DNA of 64,000 nucleotides from a bacterium (GCA_043767845.1 JAYUFZ010000008.1:4242-68241); one strand, 5' to 3'; positions 1 through 10,455 are shown, counted from the first letter of the stretch. Numbers and translations are program-made. The notes: generated from the sequence alone by a model not told the origin.

Positions 1-93
1 GACACAATCCAACCAAAGAATGAGCCCCCGACCGGACGGCAGCAACCACGCCCAGCTAAGCGCCATACGCGCCTTCAACGGATTAGCCGGCGG

Positions 94-3000
94 TTGAAAA
101 GCCTTATGGTGCATAGCCACTTCAAACCCTCACGACGCACCGTGGCTCTCACCCTGATTGCTGCCATGATGATTCCGCTCGTCACAGCGCTCATAGTCAC
201 AAAGCCTGCCCGAGCGTCTAGCACTGGCCTCATCTCGTCAGGCAAGGGCGTTCTTGCCTACGGCGACACCGGCAATGCCAACAACCCGCGAGTTAGGCCG
301 TGGGCGAGTGGCGCGACCAGCTTTGGTGCCGAGGGCGCGACTGCCTCTTCAATCACCCCGGCGCAAACCGTCATCAAGCAATCACCGACCAGAATCGATG
401 AGTGGATGATGGCGGTTGCCGACACCAGCGGCAACTTGCAGGTCCTCAAGTCGACAGATGGAGGAACCACTTGGTCTAGCGTCATATCCAGCTTCGCGAT
501 TGGCGGCACCGGTACTACCCGGCGGTTCGACTTAGCTTACGAAAGCAATAGCGGCGACGGCGTACTCATATACTCTAGGAACGCTACAACTAATGAGCTC
601 GGCTATCGCACCTGGGCCGGCTCCAGCTGGACCGCTGAAACCACCTACGACCCGGGCGGCACCGCCAATATCGTCACCTGGGTGGAGATAGGCGAACGAG
701 CCAATAGCGATGAACTTGCCGTCGCCTACCTCACCAATGGCGCGACTGATAACATTGGAGCCTTTATCTGGACCGGGAGTAGCAATACTCCGGGCAACGC
801 CACCGGGACAACCTTTGGAACCTGCGATCAGACGGCTGGTACTCCAGATGGCGTCGATAAATGCATGGACATAAACTACGAATCCGCCTCCGGCCGGCCT
901 GTGATGAGCTGGGGCATATCCAGTGCCGGCAATACCACAAACACTATCCGGGCCTCGCGCTGGGATGGATCGGCGTGGACCACCAATACGCTTAATATTG
1001 GTGCAACCGGTGACGACGGCACCTGGGTTGACTGCGAAAGCGACCCCGATCCGACCAGCTTAATTATCGCTTGCAGTAGTTTCGGGGCTTCGACCGCCGA
1101 CGTCCAGGCTTGGACGGTTAGCTCCGGCACGCTCGGGGTGGCCGGCATGGATATAGATACTGCCGCCCATGCTGCTTCTACCGGTCATGCCTACGTGGCG
1201 ACAACATACCTGTATAGCGGTAGTACGTACCGGGCAATTATGATGTATGCCGACGCCGCCGCCGATACGGGCTTTGACTACTCAACATTTAATGGAACGA
1301 CCTGGGCAGTTGAAGTGCAGGCAGCGGCCGGCTATGCCACCCAAGAAGAAAGTATGATTGCCGTCCGCAATGGAGCAACACCGTCCCAAGCATTAGTGCT
1401 CGTTACTGACGCCAGCAATGACCTCTACGCCGAAAAGATTGATATGGATTCCGCCGGCGTTGTGACCATCGCCCGGGCCGACAGCTCCGCCGCCCTGGAA
1501 ACTGTCGTACCCGCCACCCAAGGCTACCCAATGGACTTTGCTTTCGAGCCAGCGCGCCAATCGAGCGTCATCGACCAAAAAGGCTATATATTCGAAAATG
1601 ACGACGAAGATGTGGCTACAGGCGACGCCTACGATGAGAACACCCAACTGGCCGCCGGCAACACAGCAATGTCCATCCAGCAAGGCCGGCGCGTGAATAT
1701 CCGCGCCCAGCTCAACAATAGCGGCGGCGCGCTGGACGGCCACCCGGTCGGGCTATTTTATGACAAGAATGATGGCTATTGGAATAGAGTACGGACCACT
1801 GCCAAACCCAGGACTAGCGCAGGCAGCTGTGATAATACGTTATGGAACTGCAGTACAATCGATACGACGAATGGATCAGGATCAGAGACATCCGTTGCTA
1901 TCGATCCTAACGGTACACCTTGGATATCGAGCGTCGGCGTTGCAGGTGATAGTCTAGTGGTTGGTAAGTACGTGGGGTCTGGCGGAAGCGGTTGTGTTGC
2001 GGGCAATGGATGGCAATGCTTCCTGATAGATGCAGCGGTCAATACCGTGGGTGATAATTCCATAGCTATGGACTCCGCCGGTAACCCTTGGATTTCATAC
2101 TTTAAAGGCACAGGCACAGCCGCCACCTCTGGCTTGGATGTGGCGCGTTATGTTGGATCAGGCGGCACAGGCTGTTCTGGCACAGTCGCTTGGAGTTGTT
2201 CGATTGTTTTGTCAGGCAATACGACTGCTACAAAAAACTCATTGGCTTTTGATAGGCAAGGCAATGCCTGGGTAGCTTACGCCACGTCTCCCACAGGCAT
2301 TTCGGTTGCAAAGTACTCGATTCAAGCTGCAGCATGGACCAACACGCTCGTCGATGCGACTGTCACTGGTTTCAGCGATATTTCAATTGCTTTTGACAAT
2401 GCAGGCTTGCCCTGGATTGCTTACTATGACGCCAATGCCAGCGACTTGAACTTGCGAATTGCTAGAAACGTTGGCACGGGCGGTTCCGGTTGTACCGGTG
2501 GCTCGTCGGCTTGGACCTGCACTGCCATCGATACTACTGGTGATGTTGGTAAGAGCGCTTCAATAGCTATGGATCCCAACGGATATCCGTGGGTGGCCTA
2601 TGGGGACGTGACAAATACTTCGCTCAAGGTTGCCCGCTACGATCCGGCAGGCGGCTACTCGACATGTGCAGGCGGCGTAACCGACTGGGACTGCGTGACG
2701 GTCGATAACGGAGGCACGAACGGGGCCTATGCCTCTATTGCCTTTGATCCATCAGGCAAGGCCTGGATAGCCTATAACGACGATGGTTCGAACAATGATT
2801 TGTGGACAGCAAGATATGTGGGGGGTTCGGCGGGGACAGGCTGTACAAGCGGTTCGAATAATTGGACCTGTGCGTCGATCAATACCACAGGCTCGCAGGG
2901 TCATTATCCATCAATCGCTTTTGACCGTAACGGAAAAGCCACTATTTCCTACCAGGAATACACGTCAAACACCAACCTGCGGTTTGCCCAAATGGCTTAC

Positions 3001-5217
3001 AGCGGCGAAATTCTCATGGCGCCAACTATGGGAGCGGCGGCCGGTGACCCGCTGAACGAATCCCACGCTGATATGACAGCTACAACCGACACGACCAACC
3101 GTGATACAGCCAATTGTATTAGTACTGGCACTTGGAACAACGGGGCGGCCGATGGCGGCCGGGATGCGCTTACTACTTTGCGTGTGGGTGGAGGCACAGC
3201 CGGCAATGGTGGCTGTAGCGAGACCGAGTTTACTATTGATACTTCACAAGCCGTCGTAGGCACCACCTACCGCTTCGTGTTAGCCATTGACGACTCAAGT
3301 ACGAAAGAGAGGAGTCCTTGGCATGGGCCGTCGACCATAACCCAATATCCGACCATAACCGTAACCCCCGACGGCAGCGTCCGATACGGCAAATCGGCGC
3401 TGTATGAACCAGGCACGGCCGACTGTACGGCAGATACCAGTTGGACCTGTGGGCCAGTAAGTACTTGGTCCGGAACTTCTGCCTGGAATGAGCTCGCCTA
3501 TGATGCCCCTACGGATACACCATGGCTTGGCTATTACGCATTAAATGCTTCAGCTGCCAAATATGTCGGAGGGGGAACAGGTTCTGGCTGTGGGGCCAAC
3601 GGCTCGACCGACTGGCTATGCTGGTCGGTCGACGCCGGAGGACAGTACTTAAAGTCGGCGGTAGACCCGTCGGGAAATTTATGGATGGCATATTATACTG
3701 CCGGTACTGTTGCCAGCAAAAACTTGGGCGTTGCCAAATACGTCGGCGGGGGGAAGGGTACTGGTTGCTCGCTTTCCACCGACTGGACCTGCTGGCTGCC
3801 CGACCAGACCGGAGATGTCGGCAATACGCCAGCTATAACTTTCGGTCCGGATGGAAACCCAACCATTTCGGAGTTCGATGGTACCAATAACGCTGTCAAA
3901 GTAGTGCGTTATGTGGGTACGGGTGGCAACTGTGCGATCACTTCCTGGAGCTGCTACTCGATTGACGCGGCAACCAATAGTAATGGCCACCAAACTGGCG
4001 TCGTTTATGACGATGCCGGGACTGCCTGGATTGCCTACCGCAATAGTGCCGGTACTGGATTAAAAGTTGCCCAATTCGTTGGCGGAGGAGGAGCTGGATG
4101 CACGCTTACAGTTCAGTGGAATTGCGTAACTGTAGATACCAGTGTGGCACCAATAAATATGGGGATGGGAATGGGTCCGAATGGACCTGCTGTCACCTAT
4201 GGTAGTAGTGCCAATATCCTGCGTTACGCCAATTATGTTGGCTCCGGCGGGGGCTGTACTTCGGCAGCTTGGAACTGCATTAATGTTATGAATAACGGTG
4301 GCACATATGCTCAAAACGATACTAGCGTATCATTTGATGCTACAGGTAACCCCTGGATAGCCTTCTTTAGTACGGGGGTACCTAATAGCTCATTCCTCTA
4401 TGCTCGCTATCTGGGCGGTGCTACCACCGGCTCTGGCTGCGGTGGTGGCTTGACAACATGGAGCTGTGTGCCTGTAACTGGTGGCACGAACTCCTATGGG
4501 CAGTTCAGTAACATACTGTTTAATACTTCTGGTGAGCCGATGGTAGCCTACGGTTCGAGTGCGGGGCTGGGCACTATTTCGTTTGCCCGCAAGCGCAGCA
4601 ATATTACTAAGTCCTATTACGACGAAACATCGTCATTCACTCAGCATAATGGCGTCCGTTCCGATGGCCAGTGGCGACTGACGAGCGGGCGTTCACCAGC
4701 TACCTCGAGCGACCAACTCTGCGGCGGGGTGAGCGGCAACGCTGGATACTGCGCAGTCGGAACCGAAGATGGTAGCTATGATTCACTGACAGTTAAGGCC
4801 AAAGAAAAAGCCATGTACACCATGCGCTGGGAATATCCGGCCAACGCCGAAGCCCCAGGCGTGACCTGGGTCGGCAAGTCGACCCTAGCTCCAAGCACTG
4901 CCAGTACCGCCGGCGATTTAGCGCTCCAAGTCTACCGTTTCGGTACCACCAACGCCTGGGAGGATGTGGCAACTGATACTGCTAGCACAGATTGCACGGT
5001 CCGCTGTTCACTTACCGGTATGCCAGTCACGGGCGCAGTATCAGACTATTACGAAGCAAGCGGCTCGGTCTACTTCGCTTATTTCCGACTTATTCAACGC
5101 GAAACCACTGCCGCCTTCACACTCTCAACCGATAGCTTCAAAGCCGAGCAGACAGCCAAAGCCCTGCGCGGCGGCCAGTATTTCCGCGACGGCCAGAAGA
5201 CGCCGCTGAACTATTAA
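94..5217 (+). CDS. Giant secreted/cell-surface protein (1707 aa). It has an N-terminal signal/TM segment. At least 11 tandem ~70-aa repeats each carry a Cys pair ('YVGxGGxGC…WxC') and a beta-propeller-blade-like 'SIAxDxxGxPWIAY' motif.
   Basis: Long uninterrupted ORF with clear coding periodicity. The N-terminus MKSL…LTLIAAMMIPLVTALIV is hydrophobic. The motif YVG-GG-GC…W-C…D…G…SIA-D-G-PWIAY recurs about every 210 nt in the translation. No LPXTG motif is present at the C-terminus. Confidence 0.75.
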   Translation: MKSLMVHSHFKPSRRTVALTLIAAMMIPLVTALIVTKPARASSTGLISSGKGVLAYGDTGNANNPRVRPWASGATSFGAEGATASSITPAQTVIKQSPTRIDEWMMAVADTSGNLQVLKSTDGGTTWSSVISSFAIGGTGTTRRFDLAYESNSGDGVLIYSRNATTNELGYRTWAGSSWTAETTYDPGGTANIVTWVEIGERANSDELAVAYLTNGATDNIGAFIWTGSSNTPGNATGTTFGTCDQTAGTPDGVDKCMDINYESASGRPVMSWGISSAGNTTNTIRASRWDGSAWTTNTLNIGATGDDGTWVDCESDPDPTSLIIACSSFGASTADVQAWTVSSGTLGVAGMDIDTAAHAASTGHAYVATTYLYSGSTYRAIMMYADAAADTGFDYSTFNGTTWAVEVQAAAGYATQEESMIAVRNGATPSQALVLVTDASNDLYAEKIDMDSAGVVTIARADSSAALETVVPATQGYPMDFAFEPARQSSVIDQKGYIFENDDEDVATGDAYDENTQLAAGNTAMSIQQGRRVNIRAQLNNSGGALDGHPVGLFYDKNDGYWNRVRTTAKPRTSAGSCDNTLWNCSTIDTTNGSGSETSVAIDPNGTPWISSVGVAGDSLVVGKYVGSGGSGCVAGNGWQCFLIDAAVNTVGDNSIAMDSAGNPWISYFKGTGTAATSGLDVARYVGSGGTGCSGTVAWSCSIVLSGNTTATKNSLAFDRQGNAWVAYATSPTGISVAKYSIQAAAWTNTLVDATVTGFSDISIAFDNAGLPWIAYYDANASDLNLRIARNVGTGGSGCTGGSSAWTCTAIDTTGDVGKSASIAMDPNGYPWVAYGDVTNTSLKVARYDPAGGYSTCAGGVTDWDCVTVDNGGTNGAYASIAFDPSGKAWIAYNDDGSNNDLWTARYVGGSAGTGCTSGSNNWTCASINTTGSQGHYPSIAFDRNGKATISYQEYTSNTNLRFAQMAYSGEILMAPTMGAAAGDPLNESHADMTATTDTTNRDTANCISTGTWNNGAADGGRDALTTLRVGGGTAGNGGCSETEFTIDTSQAVVGTTYRFVLAIDDSSTKERSPWHGPSTITQYPTITVTPDGSVRYGKSALYEPGTADCTADTSWTCGPVSTWSGTSAWNELAYDAPTDTPWLGYYALNASAAKYVGGGTGSGCGANGSTDWLCWSVDAGGQYLKSAVDPSGNLWMAYYTAGTVASKNLGVAKYVGGGKGTGCSLSTDWTCWLPDQTGDVGNTPAITFGPDGNPTISEFDGTNNAVKVVRYVGTGGNCAITSWSCYSIDAATNSNGHQTGVVYDDAGTAWIAYRNSAGTGLKVAQFVGGGGAGCTLTVQWNCVTVDTSVAPINMGMGMGPNGPAVTYGSSANILRYANYVGSGGGCTSAAWNCINVMNNGGTYAQNDTSVSFDATGNPWIAFFSTGVPNSSFLYARYLGGATTGSGCGGGLTTWSCVPVTGGTNSYGQFSNILFNTSGEPMVAYGSSAGLGTISFARKRSNITKSYYDETSSFTQHNGVRSDGQWRLTSGRSPATSSDQLCGGVSGNAGYCAVGTEDGSYDSLTVKAKEKAMYTMRWEYPANAEAPGVTWVGKSTLAPSTASTAGDLALQVYRFGTTNAWEDVATDTASTDCTVRCSLTGMPVTGAVSDYYEASGSVYFAYFRLIQRETTAAFTLSTDSFKAEQTAKALRGGQYFRDGQKTPLNY

Positions 5218-5228
5218 TTTTTTAGGCC

Positions 5229-5723
5229 TCAGCGGCTCGTTTTGACGAACCCCCGTAGTATGGTCTTCATATCTTCGGTATCGATCCGGCCAGGATAATT
5301 AATAAGTACCCAGGTCTGGCCAGCAATGAGCGTAGCCGTGGTCCGATCTTCAAAAGTTACAATGTAGGCCTTGCCCAAGTCGGTCGTAAATTCCTCGTTG
5401 CCCTTGAGTGAACCATCATCAAAGTCCTTTGGATAGGCTTGCTCGGTAACAACTAGCAGATCTTGTGCGTTACTAGCAATCGAATAGACCACCACGCCTT
5501 TGCTACCATTCATTTGGCTCAATTCTAACTTATAGCCTGAAGGTAGCTTTTCGGGGAATAGGAGCGGAAAGCTGATAGTTTTTTGCACTTCGGTAAACAT
5601 CCGCCTCGATGTGCCGAGTGACCAGCGCCACCATAGGAGGCTGCCGATAAGACATATACCTGCCAGCAGGATCAAACTGTAGATTAGTTTTTTTGATAGC
5701 ACATGTTTCATCTGTTCTATCAT
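5229..5723 (-). CDS. Hypothetical membrane-anchored protein with an N-terminal TM segment and a DUF4367-like extracytoplasmic domain
   Basis: 164-aa ORF with the TM helix LIYSLILLAGICLIGSLLWW. Its C-terminal domain resembles the C-terminus of the 17809..19284 protein. It lies on the same strand as the adjacent queA. Confidence 0.45.
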   Translation of the reverse strand: MIEQMKHVLSKKLIYSLILLAGICLIGSLLWWRWSLGTSRRMFTEVQKTISFPLLFPEKLPSGYKLELSQMNGSKGVVVYSIASNAQDLLVVTEQAYPKDFDDGSLKGNEEFTTDLGKAYIVTFEDRTTATLIAGQTWVLINYPGRIDTEDMKTILRGFVKTSR

Positions 5724-5758
5724 AGCAAAGTATTGCTAGGCGATCGCCTGCTGCGGCA

Positions 5759-6787
5759 TTATTGGATGAACATACTATCGCCGTAAGATAAGAATCCGTA
5801 GTCCCCAGCCAGTGCCTCGGCATAAGCCTTTTGGAGATTTGGCCAGCCGGCAAAGGCGGCGGCCAACATCAGGACCGTTGACCTGGGGGCGTGGAAATTG
5901 GTAATCAATGCGTCTACAATCTGGAATTCGTAACCTGGGTACATGAATATATCGGCCTCACCGCTCAGCGAATCGCCCGGGAAGCGTAAGTCACCAACCG
6001 CATACTCCAGAGTACGGGCGACAGTGGTGCCAAGCGCCACTACCCGGCGACCCGTACCCTTGGCAAGAGCAATCTCATAGCGGGTCTCGGCTGGGATTAG
6101 ATAGAACTCAGCATGCATTTTGTGTGTCTTTAAGTCATCAACACGTATTGGTAAAAATGTGCCAAGCCCAACGTGCAGCGTGAGGTAGGAAATAATTACG
6201 CCCTTTGCTTCGAGCGCGGCGAGCAGTGCAGGTGTCATATTGAGCGAAGCAGTCGGCGCCGCAACTGATCCTGATTGCGTGGCAAATGTCGTTTGATAAC
6301 GAACCTCATCGTCGGCGGTGGCATCCCGCTTCATATAGGGTGGCAGGGGAGTGTGGCCGGCTTTTTCGGCGAGCGTGTATAAGTCAGTGTCTGATTCAAT
6401 CTCGGCCAGCCCGCCCGCTAATACTTTTTTGACGAGTATCTGCTGTCCTTCAATTGTTAGCTGATCTCCAACTTCTAATGAGCCTCGATAAATAACCTTG
6501 GCCCCCAAAACAGGCCCACTGTTACCATCATGCTTTTCGGTTAGTAGTAGCTCCTGGCTCATCCCGGCAGCATTTTTGGCAATCAGTCGGGCCTTGATCA
6601 CTTTGGTATCATTGAGCACCAGCACATCGCCTTCATCTAGTAGATCTAGCAGATTAGAGTAGCTTTGATGGCTTATTACTCCATCCCCACGTCCCAGTAC
6701 CAAAAGCTTAGCCTGACCACGGATGGCTGGAGGGTGAGTAGAGATCCGGTCCTTTGGTAAATGGTAATCAAAATCACTAGTAAGCAT
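5759..6787 (-). CDS. queA: S-adenosylmethionine:tRNA ribosyltransferase-isomerase
   Basis: The N-terminus MLTSDFDYHLPKDRI matches the QueA family start. Length is 342 aa and the C-terminal HAPRSTVLML block matches the family. Confidence 0.85.
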   Translation of the reverse strand: MLTSDFDYHLPKDRISTHPPAIRGQAKLLVLGRGDGVISHQSYSNLLDLLDEGDVLVLNDTKVIKARLIAKNAAGMSQELLLTEKHDGNSGPVLGAKVIYRGSLEVGDQLTIEGQQILVKKVLAGGLAEIESDTDLYTLAEKAGHTPLPPYMKRDATADDEVRYQTTFATQSGSVAAPTASLNMTPALLAALEAKGVIISYLTLHVGLGTFLPIRVDDLKTHKMHAEFYLIPAETRYEIALAKGTGRRVVALGTTVARTLEYAVGDLRFPGDSLSGEADIFMYPGYEFQIVDALITNFHAPRSTVLMLAAAFAGWPNLQKAYAEALAGDYGFLSYGDSMFIQ

Positions 6788-6851
6788 GATCCATAGTTTA
6801 GCCCATTACATGAGTCTCGTCACGACTCGGGTCATGGTGTATGATAGCAAT

Positions 6852-7442
6852 ATGTCAAAAACCGTACGTAACCCGAATAACCGCCCCCGACCCAGACCAG
6901 CTTTTGTGTTACTCATTGCGGCTGTGGCGGGATTGGTAGTTTGGCAGGTAGAAGGGAAGTCACCACTCGCCAGTAGCATAGCTAAGATTCAGCCAGGGAC
7001 ATATCTAGTGAGCTACGTGGACGATGGCGATACCATCCGGGTGCGCGACAGCCTCGGGCACGAAAACACTGTCCGGCTCATCGGCGTTGATACCCCCGAG
7101 GTTAAGGATCCTCGCAAGCCAGTGCAGTGTTTCGGCGAGGAGGCCAGCAACTTCACCAAGCGACAGCTTAGCGGACAGCGCATCCGGCTGGTAAGCGACC
7201 CGCTATCGGCCGACCGCGATAAATACAGCCGCCTGTTGCGCTACGTGTACCTAGGGGACGGCACCTTCTTCAACACCAAGCTGGTGGGCGATGGCTACGC
7301 CTTTGCCTATGTTGTCTTCCCAAACAGCCATCTAAGTGAATTTGTGGATCTGGAGCGCCAGGCGCGAGACCAAAATAAGGGGCTTTGGGCCGGCTGTGGT
7401 GTTAACGATAGCAGTAAGATCAAGCAGACAACTGGGCGCTAG
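6852..7442 (+). CDS. Membrane-anchored thermonuclease (staphylococcal-nuclease-like, SNase fold)
   Basis: Contains the motifs VDGDTIRV…RLIGVDTPE…RYVYL…GYA. An N-terminal TM segment follows a Pro/Arg-rich stretch. The ORF-track start at 6786 overlaps the divergent queA start, so the internal ATG at 6852 (MSKTV…) was chosen. Confidence 0.65.
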   Translation: MSKTVRNPNNRPRPRPAFVLLIAAVAGLVVWQVEGKSPLASSIAKIQPGTYLVSYVDDGDTIRVRDSLGHENTVRLIGVDTPEVKDPRKPVQCFGEEASNFTKRQLSGQRIRLVSDPLSADRDKYSRLLRYVYLGDGTFFNTKLVGDGYAFAYVVFPNSHLSEFVDLERQARDQNKGLWAGCGVNDSSKIKQTTGR

Positions 7443-7829
7443 TTAAGCTTCAGCCCCTGGTTTGCCAATTTTGGCCGAGATAACCACTTGGCGAATCTCG
7501 CCTTCACTATCTTTGATCTGGGTATCGTGGGTTTCATTGTAGTAGGTTACCAGGTGGTGGCTCATAATCTCGCCAAGGTCTTTGAGCTTAAACTTGATCT
7601 CATCCAACTCAGTGTTGATAACCTGGTAGTCTTTATCTTCTTCCAGAATTTTTTTGGCAGCAGTGCGTTTGAGCGTCAGTGTCTTGAGCTCTTCGGCTAT
7701 CGCCCGGTAATCATCATTTTGCTCCATAATATCCTTGAGATCCTGACCCATCCGCTTGGCCTTACCGCGAGTTTCAGAAATTTCGAGCATTAAGCGATGG
7801 ATAGCATCTATTGTCTTTTCGTCTTCCAT
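7443..7829 (-). CDS. Hypothetical coiled-coil protein (charged, Lys/Glu-rich)
   Basis: 128-aa ORF with heptad-like charged sequence. No recognisable catalytic motif. Confidence 0.45.
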   Translation of the reverse strand: MEDEKTIDAIHRLMLEISETRGKAKRMGQDLKDIMEQNDDYRAIAEELKTLTLKRTAAKKILEEDKDYQVINTELDEIKFKLKDLGEIMSHHLVTYYNETHDTQIKDSEGEIRQVVISAKIGKPGAEA

Positions 7830-8008
7830 GTATTCCTTCTTGGTTCTTAATTTGGTTTTACTTTCACTAATCTGTAGCCTATCAGGTGAGAGGGTAGGGC
7901 GTCAATAAGCATAAGAGTCTAAGGAATGAGGCGGAAGTCTACGATATGCGTATCCGCTTTGAAAGCTAGATTCTTATCCTGATTTGTAACAGCCTGTATA
8001 ATACGCAT

Positions 8009-8869
8009 ATGAACTCGATTCCCATTTATCAAACCCAAGGCCTCGGGGCACCACTTTTTCCAAAGGTGCTCTGGAACCGCCCAGTCAGCCGCCACAGCGG
8101 CGGGCGACTTTTGGTGGTCGGCGGACGGCCCGAAGGCGTAGCTCTACTGCAGACCATCTATAGCATGGCCGAAGCCTATGGCCTGGGTGCCTGCGAGCTG
8201 GTAGTGCCCGATGCCCTTACCCGGCTGCTGGCTTCCAGTGGCGTAGCGCACTTCGTGCCGTCAACTCCATCACACACCCTGGCCAAGATTGGCCTTGGCC
8301 AGATTCTCTACAAGGCCGAAGACTACGATGCTATGCTACTAGCGCCATCAGCCGGCAATAATAGCGAGACGTCACTGTTACTCGCAGCAATAATTGGCAA
8401 AACTAACTCCAGGTTGATCATCGCCGATGACGGCCTACCGACAGCTCTGCTTGACCCAACTACACTAGTCCGTCAGTCTCCGACGCTCCTCATACTCACT
8501 ATGCAGGAAGTTTTCAAGCTGGCTGGAGCGCTGAGCATTGGTATACACATTCGACCAGATGGGGGACTCATTAATAAGCTTGAAATAATCGAGGATATCG
8601 TGCGTGAATTGCCGGTCGATTACGTGATCTACGGCGGTACCGATCTAATAATTGCAGCCGGTGGCAACCTCTCGGTTACTAGTCTTATGGTGCCTATTCC
8701 GGGCGCTGCCATTGGCCTCTTCTCGGCCGCTTGGGTTCAAAACCCCTCTCAACCATTCGAAGGCCTAACGACCGCCGCCTATGTCCTAGCCAAAGCCCAA
8801 GCCCTGGCCGAATCGAACAACCCCACCGACCTGCGCAAAACTATCCCCAGGGCTCTGGAGATTGAGTAG
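8009..8869 (+). CDS. Degenerate YjeF C-terminal-like protein (NAD(P)HX dehydratase/carbohydrate kinase fold)
   Basis: Gly-rich blocks LLVVGGRPEG, LIIADDGLPTAL and VIYGGTDLIIAAGGN…PIPGAAIG are spaced like the YjeF_C family. The canonical GGxGD motif is degenerate. Confidence 0.3.
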   Translation: MNSIPIYQTQGLGAPLFPKVLWNRPVSRHSGGRLLVVGGRPEGVALLQTIYSMAEAYGLGACELVVPDALTRLLASSGVAHFVPSTPSHTLAKIGLGQILYKAEDYDAMLLAPSAGNNSETSLLLAAIIGKTNSRLIIADDGLPTALLDPTTLVRQSPTLLILTMQEVFKLAGALSIGIHIRPDGGLINKLEIIEDIVRELPVDYVIYGGTDLIIAAGGNLSVTSLMVPIPGAAIGLFSAAWVQNPSQPFEGLTTAAYVLAKAQALAESNNPTDLRKTIPRALEIE

Positions 8870-8910
8870 CGGCGGCAGCGACTAATAATTCTAATATTCC
8901 GAAAATTCTC

Positions 8911-8946
8911 AAAAAAAAAGGCCCAGGAGATAGCTCCTGGGCTTAA
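8911..8946. terminator. Bidirectional intrinsic terminator between convergent genes
   Basis: An A9 run, then GCCCAGGAG-atag-CTCCTGGGC (9-bp perfect stem), then TTAATT. Confidence 0.6.
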
Positions 8947-10455
8947 TTACCGAATCAGCTTGGCGGGCACTTGGCCTCGGCGCAAGACATCGCCGAAATG
9001 CGAGGTCAAGCCGACTTGCCCAATGAGCTTAATGCCAAAGCCCTCTAACCGGGCTGTGAGGCAAAGCGCACGCAATTTCTCCAACCCCTCTGAGGCGGCA
9101 AACGAGACCCAAGACGCCGGCTCTCCCGGATAGATGATGCTGCCGTAGGACTCCGACGCGCCGACGTGGAGCTGCAAAAGCCAAGCTTGCTGGCCGTCGA
9201 AAGCCCACTCGAAGCGAACTGGCCCATCGAACTTGCCAGTCAGACGCAGCCACAAGTCGTAAACCGCCAGCCTGACTTCTTCCGGCAGTTCAGCACTCGG
9301 CGGCGCGGCGCCTACCATGAAGTTGCTGCCCTCGCCAAGCTGGCCCTCGATCACCACTTCTCCACTGGTAGTAGTTAGCGCCGCCCCCGACCAGCGGCTA
9401 GCGATACCATCCTGGACTAGTATCGAGGCAATGCGCTCTCGATCGGGATCTTCACGAGCCATCAGCTCAAATGGGTCGAGCCAGCCACGCTTTGTAGTAA
9501 ACAATCCCGGTACTTGGACTCTCGGACAGGTTCTGACCCATCGATCGGTATCGGCATTTACTCGCAGGCCAAACTCGAAGTGGGGGACTGTGCGACCGAA
9601 AACGACAGTTCGCGGTACAGCAAACCCCTTCAAATAAGCCAGTAGGATGCCGTAGGCCTTATCGCCGAGGTACTGGCTATACAGATTCGGCCAGCGTGGC
9701 GGCTCAGGACGCGGGGGCAGCGAGCCGCTCAGTTCTTCGGCCTGCCAGATAAGCTGACGTTGAGCTAAGTAGCCAACCGGTCCAGGGTGTACCGAGAACT
9801 CAACCCGAACACTGGAAGCGTAAGGAATATCTAGGTTGAAACCGTAGACTGTGCGCACCAGGGCATGGGCCAAATCGCGACCAAGCACCGCCGTGCCTTC
9901 TTTCTCTACGCAACGCGGCGTGTCACAAGCGGCGAATTCGCACAGGTCTCCATACAATACGCCCGAGAAGCCACCGTCGTTTACATCTATGGTCTCATGG
10001 ATGATGATGTAGTAACCCTGCTGCATCATTTGCTGGGCTGTCTCTGCCGCCAGCTCAGGATTATCGGCACTAAAACCACAACTTGGCCCGTAGTAAAAGG
10101 GATTGCCGTCCGGCTGATCGGGTGTGAACGTCCGAATATTGACGTTGCTAGCACCACCGACATACAAGGCATTTACGGCATCAAGTGGCTGTGGCAGAGT
10201 CGAGTCGGACACTATGCCGCGAACGCGACTAAAGCGCTTGCTACCGTCTGGCGCGTACGACACAAACATGGCGACATTGCCACCACGGGTGGCCACCTGG
10301 TCGATAGCTTCATCTTTCAATACTTGCTGGTCGCTCACTTGCGCTCCTTTGTCGAGGTACAAACGGAATAGGCAGTAGGCTTTGCCTATGTCGTTCAATG
10401 TAACAATAAGGTTACAAAAGCGCAAACTAAACCAGCTTCGGCAAGGCTCACTCAA
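8947..10455 (-). CDS. Hypothetical 502-aa protein whose C-terminal half resembles a PEP/pyruvate-binding (PPDK_N, ATP-grasp-like) domain
   Basis: LGDKAYGILLAYLKGFAVPRTVVF resembles the lGGKaanL…G-PVP-gfvi block. EWAFDGQQAWLLQLH resembles the EWAid…l.ilQaRP block. The gene is GC-rich relative to its neighbours and lies next to tRNA-Leu. Confidence 0.4.
   Translation of the reverse strand: MSEPCRSWFSLRFCNLIVTLNDIGKAYCLFRLYLDKGAQVSDQQVLKDEAIDQVATRGGNVAMFVSYAPDGSKRFSRVRGIVSDSTLPQPLDAVNALYVGGASNVNIRTFTPDQPDGNPFYYGPSCGFSADNPELAAETAQQMMQQGYYIIIHETIDVNDGGFSGVLYGDLCEFAACDTPRCVEKEGTAVLGRDLAHALVRTVYGFNLDIPYASSVRVEFSVHPGPVGYLAQRQLIWQAEELSGSLPPRPEPPRWPNLYSQYLGDKAYGILLAYLKGFAVPRTVVFGRTVPHFEFGLRVNADTDRWVRTCPRVQVPGLFTTKRGWLDPFELMAREDPDRERIASILVQDGIASRWSGAALTTTSGEVVIEGQLGEGSNFMVGAAPPSAELPEEVRLAVYDLWLRLTGKFDGPVRFEWAFDGQQAWLLQLHVGASESYGSIIYPGEPASWVSFAASEGLEKLRALCLTARLEGFGIKLIGQVGLTSHFGDVLRRGQVPAKLIR

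Noticed and set aside
94-5217. LPXTG sorting signal on the giant repeat protein
   Set aside because: The C-terminus (…RGGQYFRDGQKTPLNY) has no LPXTG-like motif and no hydrophobic or basic tail, so it is not called a sortase substrate.
6786-6851. ORF-track start of the nuclease gene, overlapping the divergent queA start codon (CATGATCCAT)
   Set aside because: Two divergent genes cannot sensibly share a start codon region with zero promoter space. The internal ATG at 6852 (MSKTV…) leaves a ~64-nt divergent promoter region and precedes the TM segment.
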